A DNA stretch of 64,000 bases from an uncultured Gammaproteobacteria bacterium (GTDB lineage Bacteria; Patescibacteriota; Patescibacteriia; Magasanikbacterales; GWA2-37-8), in assembly GCA_964596525.1 (NCBI GenBank), contig CAZQUL010000002.1, forward strand, positions 9,444 through 73,443, written 5' to 3'. This document shows positions 59,891 to 64,000 of this stretch, one piece after another. Numbering within the stretch: position 1 is the first letter of the stretch; the number at the start of each line of letters is the position of its first letter. The notes below the pieces were generated by a model that was not told the DNA's origin, did no database searches, and was given only the letters and a program-made list of their open reading frames with translations. Both the position numbers and the translations under genes were made by a program.

Positions 59891-61540
59891 ATGACGACCA
59901 ACCTTGTTTCTTCGACGACGGCTACCGCTTCGAACCGCCTGCCCGCGATCCGCAAGCTGAACCTCGAGGGGCTGACCAAGTCCGCCACCGCGCTGTCCGA
60001 GGAGGACAAGGGGCGGCAGCGGGTGGCTCTCTGCCAGAAGGCCCAGGAGATCAAGTCTGAGCTCGAAGGGCTCACCAAGCCCTATGACGGCCTCGCCGAG
60101 ATCGAGGAGCAGGAGAACGAGGCCAACACGGCCTACCTGAAGCTCGACGGCGAGCTCAAGGGGCTCGACCCGGACATCGACTCGGTGCAGATCGCCAAGA
60201 TCACGACCGCGATGCAGGAGATCGACGCGCACCGCGAGCAGATCGCCCAGGCCAAGAAGGAGCTCACGGACGCCCGCGACAAGGTCGCAGCCAAGGAGCA
60301 TGAGCTCCGGCAGCGGCTCGAGAAGATCGTCGCCCGCGCCCGCGAGCTCGGCGTGGCGGAAGGGATGCTGTTCTACACACCCCCGACGCCCGCCAAGCCC
60401 GCAGCGCAGCCGCCGAAGAAGACGGGGCAGAGGAAGCCGCAGACGACGAAGTACATGTCTGACGCCAAGGAGTACCTCGAGCAGAACCTGCGCGAGGCGC
60501 TCGAGGCCACCTGGACGACGGCCGACGGATCGACCGTCGACGTGATGACCGCGTTCAACACCGCGGTGCCCGAGTTCTCCGACATTCCCACCTGGCCTGC
60601 GTTCAAGGAGATGCTCGGGAAGATCATCATGAACTTCTCCGAGGCCTGCATCTTCCTCGACAGCACGGGCTACTCCGACGTCGCGCCCGAGCTCTCCGGC
60701 AAGAATCGGGGTGGTATCTTCACCACCTCGGTGACGATCAGGAACTGGATCGAGACCCGCAAGAAGCGCGCGCAGGAAGCCGCGGCTTCGGGGACGGCGC
60801 AGCCGACCCCGGCCACGACCCCCAAGGAGCTCGACCTGAAGGATAAGCTGAAGATGCTCGTCGACGCCTTCGCGCACACCACGCTCACGATCAGCGGCGC
60901 GCCGGTCCTGGGCAAGGATACCCGCCACGAGCGCGTCAAAGGGCCCATGACGGAGATCAACGATCCGCTCAACTTCCTCGCCTCTCTCAGGGCGGCGAAG
61001 AAGGACGAGAAGTCGGCCGACCCGTGGGCAATCGACAGCCTGAAGAACTGGACGAAGCAGCACCAGACCGAGGCTGCACTCATGAGCCTTGCCGCCACGC
61101 TCCAGAACATCGGGGTCAAGCTGCCCGAGAGCGCGGTCCAGGGACTCACCCTGCCCGAGGTCGTCGAGCTCCCGCTCGGCCCGAAGAAGGAAGAGCAGCA
61201 GAAGGCGGTGGAGGTCAAGTTCGTCGATACCATCACCAAGGACAGAACGCATTTCCATCTGGTCATGGGCAAGACCAAGTACCGGATCAAGGTGGAGGGG
61301 ATCCCGGGCTTCCTCAACGAGGAAGAGGTCCTCGCGCGCGGCTGGACCGAGCAGAACCTGGCCGACGCCAAGTTCCGCAAGGAGAACGGAATCACGCTCG
61401 AGCAGCACGGCAGCACGGTGGAGAAGATCGAGAAGAACCCCGCGCCGGCCAGCAACAAGCCGCAGCAGGAGGGCAAGAAGAAGGGCGGTGGCAAGAAGAA
61501 GGGCGGCGCGGAGCAGGGCAACAAGAAGAAGGGCCAGTAG
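59891..61540 (+). CDS. Hypothetical coiled-coil protein with Lys/Gly-rich C-terminal tail; strongly GC-rich (likely foreign) gene
   Basis: RBS GGAGGG precedes the ATG (MTTNLVSS). 549 aa. Third codon positions are almost all G/C and the gene GC is about 66%. C-terminus KKKGGGKKKGGAEQGNKKKGQ. Several overlapping antisense ORFs are GC-content artefacts. Confidence 0.6.
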   Translation: MTTNLVSSTTATASNRLPAIRKLNLEGLTKSATALSEEDKGRQRVALCQKAQEIKSELEGLTKPYDGLAEIEEQENEANTAYLKLDGELKGLDPDIDSVQIAKITTAMQEIDAHREQIAQAKKELTDARDKVAAKEHELRQRLEKIVARARELGVAEGMLFYTPPTPAKPAAQPPKKTGQRKPQTTKYMSDAKEYLEQNLREALEATWTTADGSTVDVMTAFNTAVPEFSDIPTWPAFKEMLGKIIMNFSEACIFLDSTGYSDVAPELSGKNRGGIFTTSVTIRNWIETRKKRAQEAAASGTAQPTPATTPKELDLKDKLKMLVDAFAHTTLTISGAPVLGKDTRHERVKGPMTEINDPLNFLASLRAAKKDEKSADPWAIDSLKNWTKQHQTEAALMSLAATLQNIGVKLPESAVQGLTLPEVVELPLGPKKEEQQKAVEVKFVDTITKDRTHFHLVMGKTKYRIKVEGIPGFLNEEEVLARGWTEQNLADAKFRKENGITLEQHGSTVEKIEKNPAPASNKPQQEGKKKGGGKKKGGAEQGNKKKGQ

Positions 61541-61621
61541 CCCCCACCAACCCCCACCACCCTTCGCAAGGAGGGTGTGCCTTGAACCTTAAAGAGCTTT
61601 GCTTAGCTTGAGTCCCCCAGA

Positions 61622-61668
61622 GCCCTGTCAGCGACGATGCGTCGGCGTTGACAGGGCTTCTTTTTTTA
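61622..61668 (+). terminator. Strong rho-independent terminator after the GC-rich gene
   Basis: gccctgtcagcgacg atgc gtcggcgttgacagggc forms a 15-bp stem, followed by ttctttttttat. Confidence 0.65.
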
Positions 61669-61762
61669 TAAAAATACTCATTTTGGCGTTCCGACACCCA
61701 AAGAACTTGATCTTTTAGGTGAGTTTGGCTATAGTAAGCCGGATTTAGAAAGGAGCACCGGC

Positions 61763-62419
61763 ATGACCCCCGAACAGGAAAAGATCCAGATCCGAGCGGA
61801 TATCGAGCAAATCAGGGAAGAAATTTCTACATCACAAGCCCGTGCGGACCAGAAAAAAATTGCCAAGCTGGAACGCCGTCTCGCCACCAAAGAGGCCCGA
61901 TTGAAGGAATTGGATGCATTACCCGCTGCATCACCAGCAGCAGTCGCCTCTTCAACCGCAGCAGCATCTGCCACCGCGGAACGGCCAAAAGTTATCAAAG
62001 AAGAGAGTGTTTCTGCAAGGCCACCTGCCAACCGCTCCTTGGTCGAAGACCGATTCCACGCCGTGATGGCTGCGCAGCAAGAAGCTGCACCGCTTCCGGC
62101 CACAAAAAAGAATGTGGCGCCAGTTTCTCGCGCGACACCAACATCCTTGCCGCCTACATCCACATCCACCAACTACCCGGCAGTGACTGCCCTTAAGGCA
62201 CCGCCCCTACAGCCGACTATCAAAAAATGCCGCTTTCGCTTGCACATGCATTCAAGCGATATGTGCGGCAAAGATGTTGTCCGCCTCTCTGATGGAATTG
62301 AAACGGATTACTGCGCGGACCACACCAAAAAATGTCCGCAGTGCCGTACGACCCTGATCCGAATCAACGAGCTTAAGTGCCGAACGTGCTTTCGCCAGGA
62401 GCGCGGCGAACGGATCTAG
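61763..62419 (+). CDS. Hypothetical protein with N-terminal coiled coil and C-terminal Cys-rich zinc-ribbon-like domain
   Basis: RBS AAAGGAG. C-terminus KKCRFRLHMHSSDMCGKDV...DYCADHTKKCPQCRTTLIRINELKCRTCF, which contains CxxC pairs. Confidence 0.6.
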   Translation: MTPEQEKIQIRADIEQIREEISTSQARADQKKIAKLERRLATKEARLKELDALPAASPAAVASSTAAASATAERPKVIKEESVSARPPANRSLVEDRFHAVMAAQQEAAPLPATKKNVAPVSRATPTSLPPTSTSTNYPAVTALKAPPLQPTIKKCRFRLHMHSSDMCGKDVVRLSDGIETDYCADHTKKCPQCRTTLIRINELKCRTCFRQERGERI

Positions 62420-62449
62420 GAACAATGGCATCTTATACACACATATCTT

Positions 62450-62475
62450 GACCCGCCAGCCGCGGGTCTTTTCTT
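62450..62475 (+). terminator. Rho-independent terminator
   Basis: gacccgccagccgcgggtc hairpin followed by ttttctt. Then a TTGCCA-17-TATATA promoter. Confidence 0.5.
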
Positions 62476-62551
62476 GCCAAAAAAATATCCGTATGTTATA
62501 TATATGCAGCGCAGTTTGTAGGAGCGTTTAAGAGAACACCGAGGTACACCC

Positions 62552-63007
62552 ATGTCCCTATCACCCACTCTTGACTCCAGAGGAAGAACCGAAGACAAGA
62601 GCTTGGTAGCCAGACGCCGGCTACTCGACAGAATGTTATCCAACATTCAACGCAGTAGCGAGTTCATGAACGGGTGGAGCGATCTGCAACACACCCACGA
62701 GCTCTACCGCCTCGTAGAACATCTGCGGCGCGTCTGCCGCACCGTGTCGAAAAAGGATCCGCTCCGGCAAAAACTCGCCGAGCGTGAACGCGAGCTAGGG
62801 AATAAAATGGCGCTTTTAAGCAAACGCACCAAACTCCTCCTTACCGGTCTGCAAGTTTTAGAGCAGCGCCGGCTCATCGAAGAGCAATTAGTGGCGCAAA
62901 AAATCGCCGACTACAGTCCGCTGCCCGAACCGGAAATCACACCTCAAGCATCCGAAACCGACCGCTACAGGCGGCTACCGCTCCTTTTTTTACCGGACAA
63001 TCTGTAG
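62552..63007 (+). CDS. Hypothetical protein (151 aa)
   Basis: RBS GAGGT. Arg-rich and helical, with no motifs recognised. Confidence 0.5.
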   Translation: MSLSPTLDSRGRTEDKSLVARRRLLDRMLSNIQRSSEFMNGWSDLQHTHELYRLVEHLRRVCRTVSKKDPLRQKLAERERELGNKMALLSKRTKLLLTGLQVLEQRRLIEEQLVAQKIADYSPLPEPEITPQASETDRYRRLPLLFLPDNL

Positions 63008-63018
63008 CAAAAGCCAAG

Positions 63019-63058
63019 CCTTCGGAGGGGATTTTAGCGTGCCGAAGGTTTTTTATTT
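63019..63058 (+). terminator. Rho-independent terminator
   Basis: ccttcgg...ccgaagg 7-bp stem followed by ttttttattt. Confidence 0.55.
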
Positions 63059-63090
63059 CTTTTCTAAACACGGCATCCGGGGTACAATAG

Positions 63091-64000
63091 ATGCCTATGA
63101 TTTTCATGTCGCGCCACTTGAAAACCGCGTTCATCACTCTGTTTATTGCAGCAGGCGCTTTGATAGTTCCGGGCAATGCCGCCTCCGCTAGCACGCTCAA
63201 CGCTGGATTCATCGACACGCTCGAGATTTCTCCAGCGATACCGCGTGAAGGGGAGCATGCCCGTGTATACGGGCGTTTACGCAACACTTCAGACAAAGAC
63301 CTCACCGGCACGGTGCAACTTTTGGAAAATAAGAATCCTCGCCAGCAAAAAACCGTCGCTATTGCCCACGGCGATGATATTACCGTTTGGTTCGATATCA
63401 CCATCCCCTCTTCGCCCCTAACCGTCACATTGGAATTCGTCAACGGTAAAACCAGTATTTCTGGCGAGCCGAGCGCTAGTATTTATCTTGCGTTTGCAAC
63501 CTCCTCCGCACTTACCATCACCCACGCAGGCGCTGCACCAAGCCCACCACCCTCATCTTCGCCGAACTCTTTACCTCTACCTTCTACCACCTCTTCCACC
63601 TCGAGCACCCGCACCTGGGGCGAAATTCTAGGCATTTCTTCGTCAAGCCCAGCCACAACAAGTACAACCGCGAGCTCAACGCTTCTTGCAACCGTGATGG
63701 AAAAAACCAAAACCGTTATCGACGGCGTAAGTGAAACCATCATCCCTCTCGTTGAACGTGAAAAGGAAAAGAACAAAGAGCAGCAAGCTTCTTCCACACC
63801 ACTCCCTCTTCTGGAAAAAGCTGCGCAAAAGCTGGAAGAGAAAAATTCCTTTCTGCGCATTCCGCGCGACGAACTGCCTAGCATCCAAGACCTGAAGGCT
63901 TGGGGGTATGCGATTCTTTTGTTCGCGCTCAAAACCTGGTGGGTCATGTTGATCATCTACCTTCTCCTCTTCCGTTCGCTCTATATACTCTGGCGCCGCG
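63091..64000 (+). CDS. Secreted Ser/Thr/Pro-rich protein with C-terminal TM segment (partial, runs off the window end)
   Basis: Open frame from the ATG at 63091 to the window edge. Signal peptide HLKTAFITLFIAAGALIVPGNAAS, an S/T/P-rich linker and a C-terminal hydrophobic segment ILLFALKTWWVMLIIYLLLF. Not in the ORF track because no stop codon falls inside the window. Confidence 0.55.
   Translation, partial: MPMIFMSRHLKTAFITLFIAAGALIVPGNAASASTLNAGFIDTLEISPAIPREGEHARVYGRLRNTSDKDLTGTVQLLENKNPRQQKTVAIAHGDDITVWFDITIPSSPLTVTLEFVNGKTSISGEPSASIYLAFATSSALTITHAGAAPSPPPSSSPNSLPLPSTTSSTSSTRTWGEILGISSSSPATTSTTASSTLLATVMEKTKTVIDGVSETIIPLVEREKEKNKEQQASSTPLPLLEKAAQKLEEKNSFLRIPRDELPSIQDLKAWGYAILLFALKTWWVMLIIYLLLFRSLYILWRR

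Noticed and set aside
59786-61611. Long ORFs overlapping the GC-rich gene: 540 aa and 299 aa on the minus strand, 195 aa and 167 aa on the plus strand
   Set aside because: Artefacts of about 66% GC (few stop codons in any frame). Translations are Arg/Gly/Pro-rich and low-complexity. Only the frame with an RBS and a non-repetitive product was kept.
63483-63956. 157-aa minus-strand ORF near the window end
   Set aside because: It overlaps a plus-strand open frame that starts at an ATG after a promoter and terminator. That frame has a clear signal peptide and a C-terminal TM segment. The minus-strand product has no such features.

Overview
This 64 kb window is densely packed with bacterial housekeeping genes. 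Coding density is about 90% and the GC content is about 50-55%. About 30 of the genes can be assigned a function. They cover chromosome segregation (scpA, scpB, smc), ribosomal proteins (rpsP, rplK, rplS, rpsB), the secE-nusG-rplK cluster, translation and tRNA functions (tsf, aspS, thrS, trmD, truB, miaA, queA, an RluA-family synthase), plus gyrB, gap, clpP, gmk, nrnA, mltG, an M23 peptidase and a type IV pilus ATPase (pilB). There is one tRNA gene with a TAT anticodon. Roughly 25 further genes are hypothetical, and many of them are secreted, lipoprotein or membrane-anchored.

The gene content and layout suggest a reduced-genome bacterium, possibly of the Candidate Phyla Radiation (Patescibacteria/Saccharibacteria-like). 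The supporting features are a 61-aa SecE, a short AspRS without the GAD insertion, a short EF-Ts, no rimM next to trmD, type IV pilus genes and a DUF4012 protein. This taxonomic call is an inference from gene content only.

The observations most worth a second look are:
- a 101-bp palindromic repeat present twice, with conserved stems but the central loop in opposite orientations;
- a strongly GC-rich island of likely foreign origin at 58.1-61.6 kb, flanked by a long palindrome and a strong terminator;
- a probable T-box riboswitch leader on thrS;
- a four-gene operon of acidic proteins of unknown function between truB and gyrB;
- a short secreted peptide with six cysteines;
- a CCHC zinc knuckle on the DUF4012 protein;
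- a 21-nt duplication of the tRNA 5' end;
- an AT-rich lipoprotein gene next to the M23 peptidase.

No CRISPR array, rRNA gene, transposase or integrase was seen. Start codons on the minus strand were refined by eye using ribosome-binding sites and signal peptides, and may be off by a few codons.
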